Assembly (NCBI GenBank): GCA_040905565.1
Contig: JBBDRF010000059.1
Coordinates: forward strand, 12,871 to 76,870
Length of the DNA: 64,000 bases
Source: Phycisphaeraceae bacterium
GTDB lineage: Bacteria; Planctomycetota; Phycisphaerae; Phycisphaerales; Zrk34
Direction: 5' to 3'
Shown here in pieces: positions 36,765 to 48,942 of this stretch. Both the position numbers and the translations under genes were made by a program. Position 1 is the first letter of the stretch; every line of letters begins with the position of its first letter. Under the pieces are notes generated by a model, which saw only the letters and a list, made by a program, of their open reading frames with translations, made no database searches and was not told where the DNA came from.

Positions 36765-37255
36765 CGCCTCCTCATCACCACGAAAATGAGATGCCCATGG
36801 CTGAGCCGTTCATCCTTCGCCGACGTGCCGAGTTCAGCGATACCGACATGGCGGGCATCGTGCACTTCGCCCAGTTCTTCAAGTACATGGAGGCGGCCGA
36901 GCACGCGATGTTCCGGGCTGTGGGGCTTTCGATTGTGACGGAGATTGCGGGCGAGCATGTGGGCTGGCCTCGCGTTCATGCCGAGTGCGATTACCGTTCG
37001 CCGTTGCGCTTCGAGGAAGAGTTCGACATTCACGCGCATGTTCAGCAGCGGCGGACACGATCGCTCGTGCTCAAGTTTCACTTCACACGTGCGGCCGGCG
37101 ACGAGACCATCGCGACCGGGTCGCTGACGACGGTCTGCGTGGCGCAGGATGCCCAGCGAAAGATGCGGGCCGTCGCCATCCCCAGCATGGTCGGCGAAGC
37201 GCTGGCCCCTTACACTGCGGCCGTCGCCGATCGCGATACCGCCGATTCACCTTAA
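36761..37255 (+). CDS. Hot-dog-fold acyl-CoA thioesterase (4HBT/YbgC family)
   Basis: FSDTDMAGIVHFAQFFKYMEAAE, CDYRSPLRF. Confidence 0.88.
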   Translation: MTPPHHHENEMPMAEPFILRRRAEFSDTDMAGIVHFAQFFKYMEAAEHAMFRAVGLSIVTEIAGEHVGWPRVHAECDYRSPLRFEEEFDIHAHVQQRRTRSLVLKFHFTRAAGDETIATGSLTTVCVAQDAQRKMRAVAIPSMVGEALAPYTAAVADRDTADSP

Positions 37256-37279
37256 CCTTCATCAAACGCAGGATGTTTT

Positions 37280-37888
37280 ATGCCTAGTTCGGCAACGCAA
37301 GATCAACAAACGTGGCTCTACTTCGCGCTCATGACCGTGTCGATGTGGGGCCTGTACGGCGTCCTCCTCCACAAGGGCGTGCACTCGATGGCCGACCCGG
37401 AGTACGGCCGCTATAAGGCCTACCTCTTCGTCGGGCTGGCGTACTTTCTGTTCGCCGTCGCAGCCCCGGCGATCCTGCTGTACTTCACCAACGCGAACTG
37501 GCACTTTGAGCGGGCGGGTGTGATCTGGTCGCTCGTGGCGGGCACGGTGGGGGCCTTCGGCGCGTTCGGTATTCTGCTCGCGTTCGGTGCGAAGGGGCAC
37601 CCCGCCGTGGTGATGTCGATCGTGTTCGCCGGCGCCCCCATTCTCAACGCCGCCGTCGCCATTTCCCTCGAAGGCAACTGGGGGAACATTCGCTGGCAGT
37701 TCATCGCGGGCATCATTCTGGCGATCACGGGCGCGACGATCGTGACGCTTTACAAGCCGCCGCCGCCCCGGCCCGCAGCGCATCAGGCCGTGGAAGCGGT
37801 GGAAGCTGCGGACGCACCCACCGGTGACGCTGCGGCCTCGACCGCGGGCGCCTCTTCAAGCGACGACGCTTCCAACGGCGCCTCATGA
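37280..37888 (+). CDS. Small multi-pass membrane protein (EamA/DMT-like half)
   Basis: About five TM helices; VMSIVFAGAPILNA. Confidence 0.65.
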   Translation: MPSSATQDQQTWLYFALMTVSMWGLYGVLLHKGVHSMADPEYGRYKAYLFVGLAYFLFAVAAPAILLYFTNANWHFERAGVIWSLVAGTVGAFGAFGILLAFGAKGHPAVVMSIVFAGAPILNAAVAISLEGNWGNIRWQFIAGIILAITGATIVTLYKPPPPRPAAHQAVEAVEAADAPTGDAAASTAGASSSDDASNGAS

Positions 37889-39204
37889 ACCGCTCGCCGC
37901 ACACCTCACGCACCGACCTTGAGCATCAGCAGCTCAGCAAGTTGCGCGCGCTGGTGCGTCAGCTTTCGGCGTCGAACGCTTTCTATCGCGATCGGCTGAA
38001 GACGGCCGGGCTTGATGATGCGTGCACGCTGGCGGAATTTTGTGAGCGTCTGCCGTTGACGACGAAGGCGGAGATCGTGGCCGACCAGACGGCTCACCCG
38101 CCGTACGGCACGAACCTCACGTTCGACCTGTCCCGTTACAGTCGGTTTCATCAAACCAGCGGCACGACCGGCACGCCGTTGCGATGGCTGGATACTGCCG
38201 AGGATTGGTCGGCGATGCTCGGCTGCTGGGAGCAGGTGTTTCGGGCGGCGAAGGTGACACGCGACGACCGCGTCTGCTTCACGTTCTCCTTCGGTCCGTT
38301 CCTCGGATTTTGGACGGCCTTCGAAGCGGCGACCCGCCTCGGCTGTCTCTGCCTGCCGGGCGGCGGCTTGTCTACGATCGCACGGCTGCGGCTGCTGCGC
38401 GACAACCAGGCAACCGTGCTCTGCTGCACGCCGACGTATGCCCTTCGGCTTGCCGAAGTCGCGCAGCAGGAGAGCTTCGATATCGCTGACCTCGCGGTGC
38501 GTTTGATCATTGTGGCCGGCGAGCCCGGCGGCAGCGTCCCGGCAACCCGGCAACTCATCGAGCAGCGATGGAGCACGGCGGCCGACGGCGACGGCGTCCG
38601 CGTGTTCGATCATCACGGCATGACCGAAGTCGGCCCCGTCACCTACGAATGCCCCAACCGCCCCGGCACGCTGCGCATCATCGAATCAAGCTATCTCGCG
38701 GAGGTGATCGATCCGAAGACGCTTGATCCCGCCGAGCCGGGCGAACGTGGGGAGCTGGTGCTGACGACGCTGGATCGCGTGGGCTCGCCGTTGCTGCGGT
38801 ACCGCACGGGCGATCTGGTCCAGCCGATCTACCTGAACGATGCCGACGAACCGGTGGGCGGTGGGAGTGGTAGTGGGGGGCTCGCGTTGGAGGGTGGCAT
38901 CCTTGGTCGGGCCGACGACATGGTGCTGGTGCGGGGCGTGAACATCTATCCTGCTGCGGTGGATCAGGTCATCCGCTCGATCGAAGGTGTGCACGAGTAC
39001 CGCGTGGAGATTGATGCCTCGACGGCACTGACGCGAATGGCGGTCATTCTCGAAGCGGAGGACGGCGTGGCGGCACGGGTTGATTCGGCGCTTCAACAGG
39101 CCTTCTCGATGCGCGTCCCGGTGCGAACGGTGGAGGCGAACACGCTGCCACGCTTCGAGATGAAAGCCCGACGCTGGGTGCACACCCACGAACGCGCCAC
39201 TTAG
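37885..39204 (+). CDS. Phenylacetate-CoA ligase (PaaK)-like ANL enzyme
   Basis: LPLTTK, TSGTTGTP, CTPTYAL, AGEPG, HGMTE, RYRTGD, GRADDM..VRGVNIYP. Confidence 0.88.
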   Translation: MNRSPHTSRTDLEHQQLSKLRALVRQLSASNAFYRDRLKTAGLDDACTLAEFCERLPLTTKAEIVADQTAHPPYGTNLTFDLSRYSRFHQTSGTTGTPLRWLDTAEDWSAMLGCWEQVFRAAKVTRDDRVCFTFSFGPFLGFWTAFEAATRLGCLCLPGGGLSTIARLRLLRDNQATVLCCTPTYALRLAEVAQQESFDIADLAVRLIIVAGEPGGSVPATRQLIEQRWSTAADGDGVRVFDHHGMTEVGPVTYECPNRPGTLRIIESSYLAEVIDPKTLDPAEPGERGELVLTTLDRVGSPLLRYRTGDLVQPIYLNDADEPVGGGSGSGGLALEGGILGRADDMVLVRGVNIYPAAVDQVIRSIEGVHEYRVEIDASTALTRMAVILEAEDGVAARVDSALQQAFSMRVPVRTVEANTLPRFEMKARRWVHTHERAT

Positions 39205-39301
39205 CGGGCGATCGCAGGTCGCCGTTGCTCCGGATGCCCCGCCCAACGCAGCGATCTACAATACCGCCCCGCCCATCTGTTTTGCCTGAAGGAAGATTTC
39301 A

Positions 39302-40024
39302 ATGACCGATCGCGCTCCATTGCTTGAGCTTCAGCACGTGGCGATGCGTTACGAAGCCGTCGCCGGGCAGGACACGCCGCCCGTGCTGGAGGATGTGAAC
39401 CTCACGATCGCCGCGGCCGAGTCGCTGGCCATTGTCGGACCCTCCGGCTGCGGCAAGAGCACGCTTTTGAACATCATCGGCACGCTCGATCGGCCCACGC
39501 AGGGCAGCGTCACGCTTGAAGGGCACGACCTGGCCACGCTGAACGATGAAGAGCTCGCCCGCGTGCGGAACCGGAAGATCGGCTTCGTGTTTCAGGAGCA
39601 CCATCTGCTGCCGCAGTGCTCGGTAATTGAGAACGTCCTGGTGCCGACGCTGGTGAGCCGAGGCGATCAGGCGAAGGCGCGCGAGCGGGCGGCTCAGCTG
39701 CTGGAACGTGTCGGGCTCGCCGATCGTCTGCACCATCGGCCGGGCGAACTCTCGGGCGGGCAGCGGCAACGCGTCGCGGTGGTCCGGGCGCTGATCAATC
39801 AACCGGCTCTGCTGCTGGCGGATGAACCGACCGGCTCTCTGGATCGGGCAGCGGCGGAGAACCTCTGGCAGACCCTGCTGGAACTCAACCGCGAAGAGGG
39901 CGTGGCCATGATGGTCGTCACGCATTCCACCGAATTGGCGCAGCAGATGCAGCAGGTGATGGAGCTTCGCGACGGCCGCCTCCATCCGCTTGATGCCACC
40001 GAAGCAGCCGCCCGCACCACCTGA
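39302..40024 (+). CDS. ABC transporter ATP-binding protein (LolD/MacB-like)
   Basis: GPSGCGKS, LSGGQRQR, LLADEPTG, VTH. Confidence 0.92.
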   Translation: MTDRAPLLELQHVAMRYEAVAGQDTPPVLEDVNLTIAAAESLAIVGPSGCGKSTLLNIIGTLDRPTQGSVTLEGHDLATLNDEELARVRNRKIGFVFQEHHLLPQCSVIENVLVPTLVSRGDQAKARERAAQLLERVGLADRLHHRPGELSGGQRQRVAVVRALINQPALLLADEPTGSLDRAAAENLWQTLLELNREEGVAMMVVTHSTELAQQMQQVMELRDGRLHPLDATEAAARTT

Positions 40025-40077
40025 TCGAATTCACGCAAAACAAAGGCCTCCACCTAACGGAAGGTGGGGGGGAAGCC

Positions 40078-43000
40078 ATGACGCAATTTCGCTACGTTCT
40101 TCGAAGCATCGGTTACTACTGGCGAACGCACCTGGGCGTAGCGCTCGGGGCAGCCGTCGCCACGGCAGTGCTGGTCGGGGCCCTGGTCGTCGGCGATTCG
40201 GTCCGCGAAAGCCTGCGACAGATGGCGCTGCAGCGGCTCGGCGAGGTGCACCTTTCGATGTTCACGGCCGACCGTTACTTCACGCAGGATCTTGCGGAGA
40301 AGGTCGGCCGGGAGATGCAGACGACCGCGGCACCTGTGCTCGATCTCAACGGCATCGCCATCCTGCCCGGGCAGGGCCGCCGCACCGGTGGTGTGCATGT
40401 GCTCGGCGTGAACGAAAGCTTCTGGGAACTCGGCGGGCTGGACGAACCGCTGCTCACCGGCGACGCCAACGACGGCATCGTCATCAATCGGCGGCTTGCG
40501 GACACCATTGATGCGGCGGCGGGGGATCGGATGCTGCTGCGCGTGGCGAGGCCCTCAGCCCTGTCGCGCGACATTCCGCTGGGGTCGGAAGCCGAGGAAT
40601 CGGTCACCATCAACGTGCCGATCAAGGCGGTGGTCGCCGACGAACAGTTCGGGCGTTTCAGTCTGCAGGCGAACCAGATTCCGCCCATGAACGCGTACGT
40701 GCCGTTGGAGCTTTTGCAGCAGCGCACGGAACTCGGCCCACGCGTGAACACACTGCTGCTGGGCGAGGCGGAGGTGCAGGCGGCGAACGCAGCGATCGCG
40801 GAGCATTGGCAGCTTGAAGATGCGGACGTGGCCGTGCGTGAGCTTGATCAGCTGGGCGTGATCGAGCTGCGCAGCGGCCGGGTGTTTGTGGATCCGCCTG
40901 TAGTGGATGCAGCCGTCGCCGGTGCGCATCCGCCGGACCAGCGTGTGCTGACGTACTTCGTGAATGAGCTGCGGCACGGCGATCGCGCGACGCCTTATTC
41001 AATGGTCGCAGCCGTGGAGCCGGGCGAGAACCAGCCGCTGCCGCCGGGCACACGTGACGACGAGATCGCAATCAATCAATGGCTGGCCGACGATCTGCAG
41101 GCGGACGTCGGCGACGCAATCACGCTGCGCTACTACCTGCTCGGCGAGGCGCGACAGCTTGAACAGCAGGAGAGGACGTTCACCGTCAAAGCGATCGTGC
41201 CCACCGAAGGGCCCGGCGGCGACCGCCAGTTGATGCCTGATTTCCCCGGTCTTTCTGACGCCGACTCAAGCCGGGAGTGGAATCCCGCGATCCCGATCGA
41301 TCTCTCGGAAATTCGTGACCGTGATGAAGATTACTGGCAGGATTATCGCGGGACGCCGAAGGCTTTCGTGACCCTTGCGTTCGGGCAGCAGGCCTGGGGC
41401 AACCGCTTCGGCGAGGTGACGAACCTGCGATGGTCGAGCGAAACGCACGATCGTGACGCCGTGGCCGAGGCGGTGCGGGGTGCGATGGATCCCGCAGCCA
41501 TCGGGCTGATGCTGTTCGATGCACGAGGTCAGGCGCTGCAGGCGAGTGCGTCGGGCTTTGATTTCGGCGAATTGTTCATCGGTTTCAGCTTCTTCATCAT
41601 CGTTTCGGCGCTGCTGCTGGTGGGACTGTTGTTCGGCTTTGCCGTGGAGAGTCGGTCGCCTGAGATCGGCACGCTGCTGGCGGTGGGCTGGACGCCGGGG
41701 CAGGTGCGAAGGGCTTGGCTGCTGGAGGGTGGCGTGCTGGCGGTGGTCGGCTCACTGGTCGGGCTGGTGCTCGGCGTCGGGTACACGAAGGCCGTGCTGT
41801 GGGCGCTGACGACGCTATGGACCGACGCGGTCGGGACGACGTCGCTGCATTATCACGCAGAAATCGGCACGTTGGTCGGCGGCACGCTGGCGGGCATCCT
41901 CGTCGCCGTGCTGACCATGTTCTGGGTGATTCGGCAGGCGGGCAAGCAGCCGGTGCGAGCCCTGCTCGCTGCACGCTTCGGCACGGAATCGAAGTTCGTC
42001 GCCTCGGCCAACTGGCCGCTCTGGACGGGCGGCGGCATGATCATCGCAGCGATCGCCATCATGTTCTTCGCAGGCATGGGCGGCGACCAGTCCGCAGCGG
42101 GAGCGTTCTTCGCAGCGGGGTCGTTAACGCTCATCGGCGGGCTGCTCGGCTGCTGGTCACTGCTCGGTCGAACGGGCGGGATGAGTCGCGAGCAAGCGAA
42201 CTTCACCATCGGAAGGCTCGGCTGGCGTAACAGTGCTCGGCGGCGCGGACGCAGTCTGGCGACCATCGCATTGCTGGCCTGTGGCTCGTTCCTCGTCGTG
42301 GCGGTGAATGCGAATCGGCAGGACCCCGCGGCGAACGCGCACCTCGCTTCGTCGGGCACGGGCGGTTTCGCGCTGCATGTGGAGACGACGCTGCCTGTCT
42401 ATCACGATCTGAACACCGCTGACGGCCGCAATGCGTATGTGCTGGATGAAGACGACGTCGCCGACGTCGGCTTCGTCCCCCTCCGCTTGCGTGATGGTGA
42501 TGATGCGAGTTGTCTGAATCTCAACCGCGCGCAGCAGCCGCAGCTAATGGGCGTGAACGGCGAACACTTCGCCGAGCGCGGTTCGTTCACCTTCGCGCAA
42601 AGTGAAGAAGGCGTGGGCGACGGCTGGGAGATGTTGCGGGCGGACGTCGGCGAAAACGTGATCCCCGCCGTGGCCGACCAGAGTACCGCTGTCTGGGCGC
42701 TCGGTCTGGGCCTGGGCGACGAGCTGCACTACATCGATGAACGCGGCGAACCGTTCCGCATCCGCATCGTCGGCATGATCAACAACTCCATCCTGCAAGG
42801 CGGGTTGATCCTCGACGAATCACGCCTTACCGAACGCTACCCATCACTCGGCGGCTACCGCGTCTGGCTTGTCGATGCCCCCGCCGACCGTTTGGAGCAG
42901 GTGCAGGTCACGCTCGAACGTGCACTGGAAGATGTCGGCGCACAGATCATGCCGACCGACCAACGGCTGGCGATGTTCAGTGCCGTCGAGAACACCTACC

Positions 43001-43374
43001 TCTCGATCTTCGGCACGCTCGGCGGGCTAGGCCTCATCCTCGGCTGCGTCGGCCTGGGGCTGGTCGTCCTGCGCAACGTGCTGGAACGGCGCTCGGAACT
43101 GGCGCTCATGCGATCAGTCGGCTTCGCCCGCAGCCGACTGCGTTGGCTCGTGCTCAGCGAACATTGGGGACTGCTGGCGCTGGGCCTCGGCGTGGGCGTC
43201 ACCTCGGCACTGCTGGCCGTCTGGCCCGCCGTGACCGGGAACGGTGCCGACGTGCCCTGGCCCACCATCATCATCACGTTGATCGTCGTACTGCTCAGCG
43301 GCCTACTCTGGACCGTCGGCGCGGCAGCCGCCGTCGTACGCGGCCGACTGATTGCGTCACTGCGAGCCGAATGA
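40078..43374 (+). CDS. ABC transporter permease, duplicated FtsX/MacB type
   Basis: Two FtsX-like modules (R..EIGTLLAVGW; ERRSELALMRSVGF) with large extracytoplasmic loops. Confidence 0.88.
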   Translation: MTQFRYVLRSIGYYWRTHLGVALGAAVATAVLVGALVVGDSVRESLRQMALQRLGEVHLSMFTADRYFTQDLAEKVGREMQTTAAPVLDLNGIAILPGQGRRTGGVHVLGVNESFWELGGLDEPLLTGDANDGIVINRRLADTIDAAAGDRMLLRVARPSALSRDIPLGSEAEESVTINVPIKAVVADEQFGRFSLQANQIPPMNAYVPLELLQQRTELGPRVNTLLLGEAEVQAANAAIAEHWQLEDADVAVRELDQLGVIELRSGRVFVDPPVVDAAVAGAHPPDQRVLTYFVNELRHGDRATPYSMVAAVEPGENQPLPPGTRDDEIAINQWLADDLQADVGDAITLRYYLLGEARQLEQQERTFTVKAIVPTEGPGGDRQLMPDFPGLSDADSSREWNPAIPIDLSEIRDRDEDYWQDYRGTPKAFVTLAFGQQAWGNRFGEVTNLRWSSETHDRDAVAEAVRGAMDPAAIGLMLFDARGQALQASASGFDFGELFIGFSFFIIVSALLLVGLLFGFAVESRSPEIGTLLAVGWTPGQVRRAWLLEGGVLAVVGSLVGLVLGVGYTKAVLWALTTLWTDAVGTTSLHYHAEIGTLVGGTLAGILVAVLTMFWVIRQAGKQPVRALLAARFGTESKFVASANWPLWTGGGMIIAAIAIMFFAGMGGDQSAAGAFFAAGSLTLIGGLLGCWSLLGRTGGMSREQANFTIGRLGWRNSARRRGRSLATIALLACGSFLVVAVNANRQDPAANAHLASSGTGGFALHVETTLPVYHDLNTADGRNAYVLDEDDVADVGFVPLRLRDGDDASCLNLNRAQQPQLMGVNGEHFAERGSFTFAQSEEGVGDGWEMLRADVGENVIPAVADQSTAVWALGLGLGDELHYIDERGEPFRIRIVGMINNSILQGGLILDESRLTERYPSLGGYRVWLVDAPADRLEQVQVTLERALEDVGAQIMPTDQRLAMFSAVENTYLSIFGTLGGLGLILGCVGLGLVVLRNVLERRSELALMRSVGFARSRLRWLVLSEHWGLLALGLGVGVTSALLAVWPAVTGNGADVPWPTIIITLIVVLLSGLLWTVGAAAAVVRGRLIASLRAE

Positions 43375-43382
43375 TCAAGTGA

Positions 43383-45917
<2,535 letters not shown>

Positions 45918-46178
45918 CTATCTGGCTACTTGCGTGAAGGTGCGAAAAACAGGGTTAAAACCGCTGCAAATCATGGGTTCGGTGCCGTCAGTGATTATAG
46001 CCAAACCAACCGCAAATCGCCAGCCTCAGCGGCACGATAGCGGGCGGTCGCAGATCGCCGTTTCCGGGTTGCGTTTCGCATGTTCCCGGCATCGCCCGGG
46101 CTGGGGAGAGCCCGGCTCCGGGGGCGTGCGAAGGTGCTCCGTTCGCCTCAAGGGGCTGCAGGCTGGTAAGCTGTGTAC

Positions 46179-47264
46179 ATGAAGGCGGCTCTGCTGGCAG
46201 ATCGGTCGTGGCTGATGGGTGAGTTGGCCACGCTGCGCCGTCTGGTCGTCGGCCTCGTCGATGATCAGGTCCGGGTCGTCCGCGTGGTCCCCGAAGACAT
46301 CGGCGTCGCGCAGGACGACGCACTGGCCATCACCAGCACCGAATTGCACTACCGCTGGTCGCCGTGGCGCTGGATCCGCGATTGGGCGCTAAGGCAACTC
46401 CGCGAAAACCTGCGGGAAGCCGAAGTCGACGTGCTCCATGTGCTCGACGGCTCGCTCTGTGCTGCGGGTATGCAGCTCGGCCAGCAGCTGAATATCCCCG
46501 TCATCTGCAGCGTCTGGTCACAGCAGGAGATCGATCAGCTGCCGATGCCCCCAGCCGACGTTACCCTCGCCATCGCCGCCCCGACCCGAGCCCTTACCGA
46601 ACGCTGTAGACGCCGCCTCAGCGGTTCCGGCGCCGTCGTCGAGTACATCCCCGCCGGTGTCTACCGCAGCACCTCCGAGCAATCGCCGCCGCTGGCTGAC
46701 CCCTCGCAGACGCTCAGCTGCGTCGTGGCCGGCGACGGTCGGCTTGATGCCATGTACGCCGGCCTGCTCGAGGCCATGGCCGAGGTGCGGGACCAACTGG
46801 CGCACGCCGTTTACTTTCTGCATTCGGTGTCGTCCGATCAGCATCGGCTCTGGCAGATGGCCGAACGGTTGAAGCTGCTGGACCAGGTGAGTCTTGTGCC
46901 GCACGAGCCGGGCTCCAGACAGCTGCTGGTGCAGGCGGACGTGGTGATTCAGCCGCAGCCTCTGGGGCAGGTTCGGACGCTGGTGCTCGAGGCCATGGCA
47001 GCCGGCCGGCCCGTGATTGCAACGCTGGATCCGATGCTGGATTACCTGATCGATCAGCGTACCGCGAAGCTGCTGCAGGAGCCCACCGCTGACGACTGGA
47101 CCAGCGTGCTCAAAGCCCTTGTCGAGCAGCCCGCAGCGTTCGTCGAACTCGGCCAGACGGCCCGCGAATACGTCGGGCAGCACCACTCCGCAGGCCGCTA
47201 CGTCGAACACACCCTCACCCTCTACCGCCGCCTCGCCGCGAAGCCGCTGCCGTTCAGGCGGTGA
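46179..47264 (+). CDS. Glycosyltransferase family 4-like protein
   Basis: ADVVIQP...LVLEAMAAGRPVIAT C-terminal GT-B motif. Confidence 0.75.
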   Translation: MKAALLADRSWLMGELATLRRLVVGLVDDQVRVVRVVPEDIGVAQDDALAITSTELHYRWSPWRWIRDWALRQLRENLREAEVDVLHVLDGSLCAAGMQLGQQLNIPVICSVWSQQEIDQLPMPPADVTLAIAAPTRALTERCRRRLSGSGAVVEYIPAGVYRSTSEQSPPLADPSQTLSCVVAGDGRLDAMYAGLLEAMAEVRDQLAHAVYFLHSVSSDQHRLWQMAERLKLLDQVSLVPHEPGSRQLLVQADVVIQPQPLGQVRTLVLEAMAAGRPVIATLDPMLDYLIDQRTAKLLQEPTADDWTSVLKALVEQPAAFVELGQTAREYVGQHHSAGRYVEHTLTLYRRLAAKPLPFRR

Positions 47265-47299
47265 CGGCAAACCTTCACGGTGCCCCGGCGCAGGCGCTT

Positions 47300-47377
47300 G
47301 GGTGGCACTGGTGGCTTGTCCACCAGTGTCGGGGCTGCACGTCAGACACACTGGTGGGCAAGCCACCAGTGCCACCC
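47300..47377. repeat. REP doublet (REPIN-like inverted pair)
   Basis: 30-nt arm GGGTGGCACTGGTGGCTTGTCCACCAGTGT and its inverted copy (29/30); each arm is itself a hairpin CACTGGTGG-n5-CCACCAGTG. Confidence 0.88.
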
Positions 47378-47445
47378 GCCGCTCAAGAACGTAAGCCTGC
47401 GCCTCCAACTTGGCGACGCCCACGTTGACCGGCTACATTGCCTGT

Positions 47446-48315
47446 ATGCGTATCACTGAAACAATCGACGAGACCCGATCAACGGTCGCGGATCTCAAAG
47501 CAGCCGGTAGACCGCTGGCGCTTGTGCCGACGATGGGCGCGCTGCACGAAGGCCACCTCGCCCTGATCCGCCGAGCGAAGGCGCTGGTTGCACCGCAGGC
47601 GGGGCACGTCGGTGTCTCAATCTTCGTGAACCCTGCACAGTTCGGCGTGGGTGAGGATCTCGATCGTTACCCGAGGCCGACCGCGCGTGACCTTGAGCTT
47701 TGCCGGGCTGAGGCGGTGGACCTGGCGTTCGTGCCGAGCGTGGATGCGGTTTATCCGCCGGACGAACGGGAGGTCGTGGTGGACGTGCCCGATCTGACGC
47801 AGGTGCTCGAGGGGGCCCATCGGCCGGACCATTTCGTCGGCGTCTGCCGCGTCGTCGCCAAGCTGTTGGCCATCGTTCAGCCGACCGTCGCCTGCTTCGG
47901 GCAGAAAGATTATCAGCAGCTCAAGGTGATTCAGGCCATGACGCAAGGCCTGTGCCTGCCGGTGCAGATCGAACCGTGCCCGACCGTGCGGGAGGCGGAC
48001 AACCTCGCTCTTTCCAGCCGTAACACGCATCTCGATGCCGAGTCGCGCCGGCATGCCGTATCGCTTTATAAAGCACTGGCTGAGGCAAAACGGTTGATCG
48101 AGGAGCAGGGCGAAGTCGACCCCGGCGTCGTGGAGCGGGCGATGGCGCAGGAGATGCAGATGCATCACGTGGCGGTCGATTACGCTGCTGTGCGTGATGC
48201 GCGAACGCTGGGCGAACTGGACGTGATCAACCCGACGCTTGAGCCGATCGTCTGCCTGGTCGCGGGGCGAATCGGCGGCGTCAGACTCATCGATAACCTC
48301 GTCATCGGCGGATAG
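47446..48315 (+). CDS. panC: Pantoate--beta-alanine ligase
   Basis: VPTMGALHEGH, SIFVNPAQF, RPDHF.GV, FGQKDYQQ, LALSSRN, RLIDN. Confidence 0.95.
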   Translation: MRITETIDETRSTVADLKAAGRPLALVPTMGALHEGHLALIRRAKALVAPQAGHVGVSIFVNPAQFGVGEDLDRYPRPTARDLELCRAEAVDLAFVPSVDAVYPPDEREVVVDVPDLTQVLEGAHRPDHFVGVCRVVAKLLAIVQPTVACFGQKDYQQLKVIQAMTQGLCLPVQIEPCPTVREADNLALSSRNTHLDAESRRHAVSLYKALAEAKRLIEEQGEVDPGVVERAMAQEMQMHHVAVDYAAVRDARTLGELDVINPTLEPIVCLVAGRIGGVRLIDNLVIGG

Positions 48316-48325
48316 GCCCAAGCCG

Positions 48326-48763
48326 ATGTGGGAGTACATCACCAAGGCAGCGACGGCATGGTTCCTCGGATTCTTCCCGTTCCTGGAAATCTACGTCGCC
48401 ATCCCCGCCTCGATCGCGCTCGGATTAGACTACGTTTCCGTCGTGTTCTGGTGCGTTTTGGGCAATTACATGCCCGTGCCGATGATCGTCGCCTTTCACA
48501 GCAGGCTCAGGCGTGTGCCTCGCATCGGCCCTTGGCTTGACCGCCTCGCCACCGGCCGCGGCCGCCGCATCCTCCACCGCCACGGGCCCATGTTCGTGCT
48601 CTTCGCCACGCCCTGGATCGGCATCTGGGCCGTCGCCGCCGCCGCCCAGACGCTGGGCATGCACCGGGGGAAACTGCTGTTCTACTCCTTCGCCAGCGTC
48701 GCCGGCTACGGCATCATCCTCACCATCATGATCGCCCTCGGCCTCGACTGGTTCAGCGACTGA
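48326..48763 (+). CDS. Small membrane protein (small multidrug export-like)
   Basis: P..EIYVAIP, GN..PVP, P..GIW; about four TM segments. Confidence 0.65.
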   Translation: MWEYITKAATAWFLGFFPFLEIYVAIPASIALGLDYVSVVFWCVLGNYMPVPMIVAFHSRLRRVPRIGPWLDRLATGRGRRILHRHGPMFVLFATPWIGIWAVAAAAQTLGMHRGKLLFYSFASVAGYGIILTIMIALGLDWFSD

Positions 48764-48942
48764 GAAACGGGGCCTGCGAGCGGGGGGAACTCTGCCGCGT
48801 ACGAAGCGTATCTAACAGATGCGCTCAATTGTGGGTCGGGCAACTCAAGCAGGAAATCTCCGTTGCTTGGAACGTTTGTTCCTGCACCGGGTGGACCTGC
48901 ATTGCACGATGATTATGCTGTGGGGTCAAGGAGACGTCGGCA

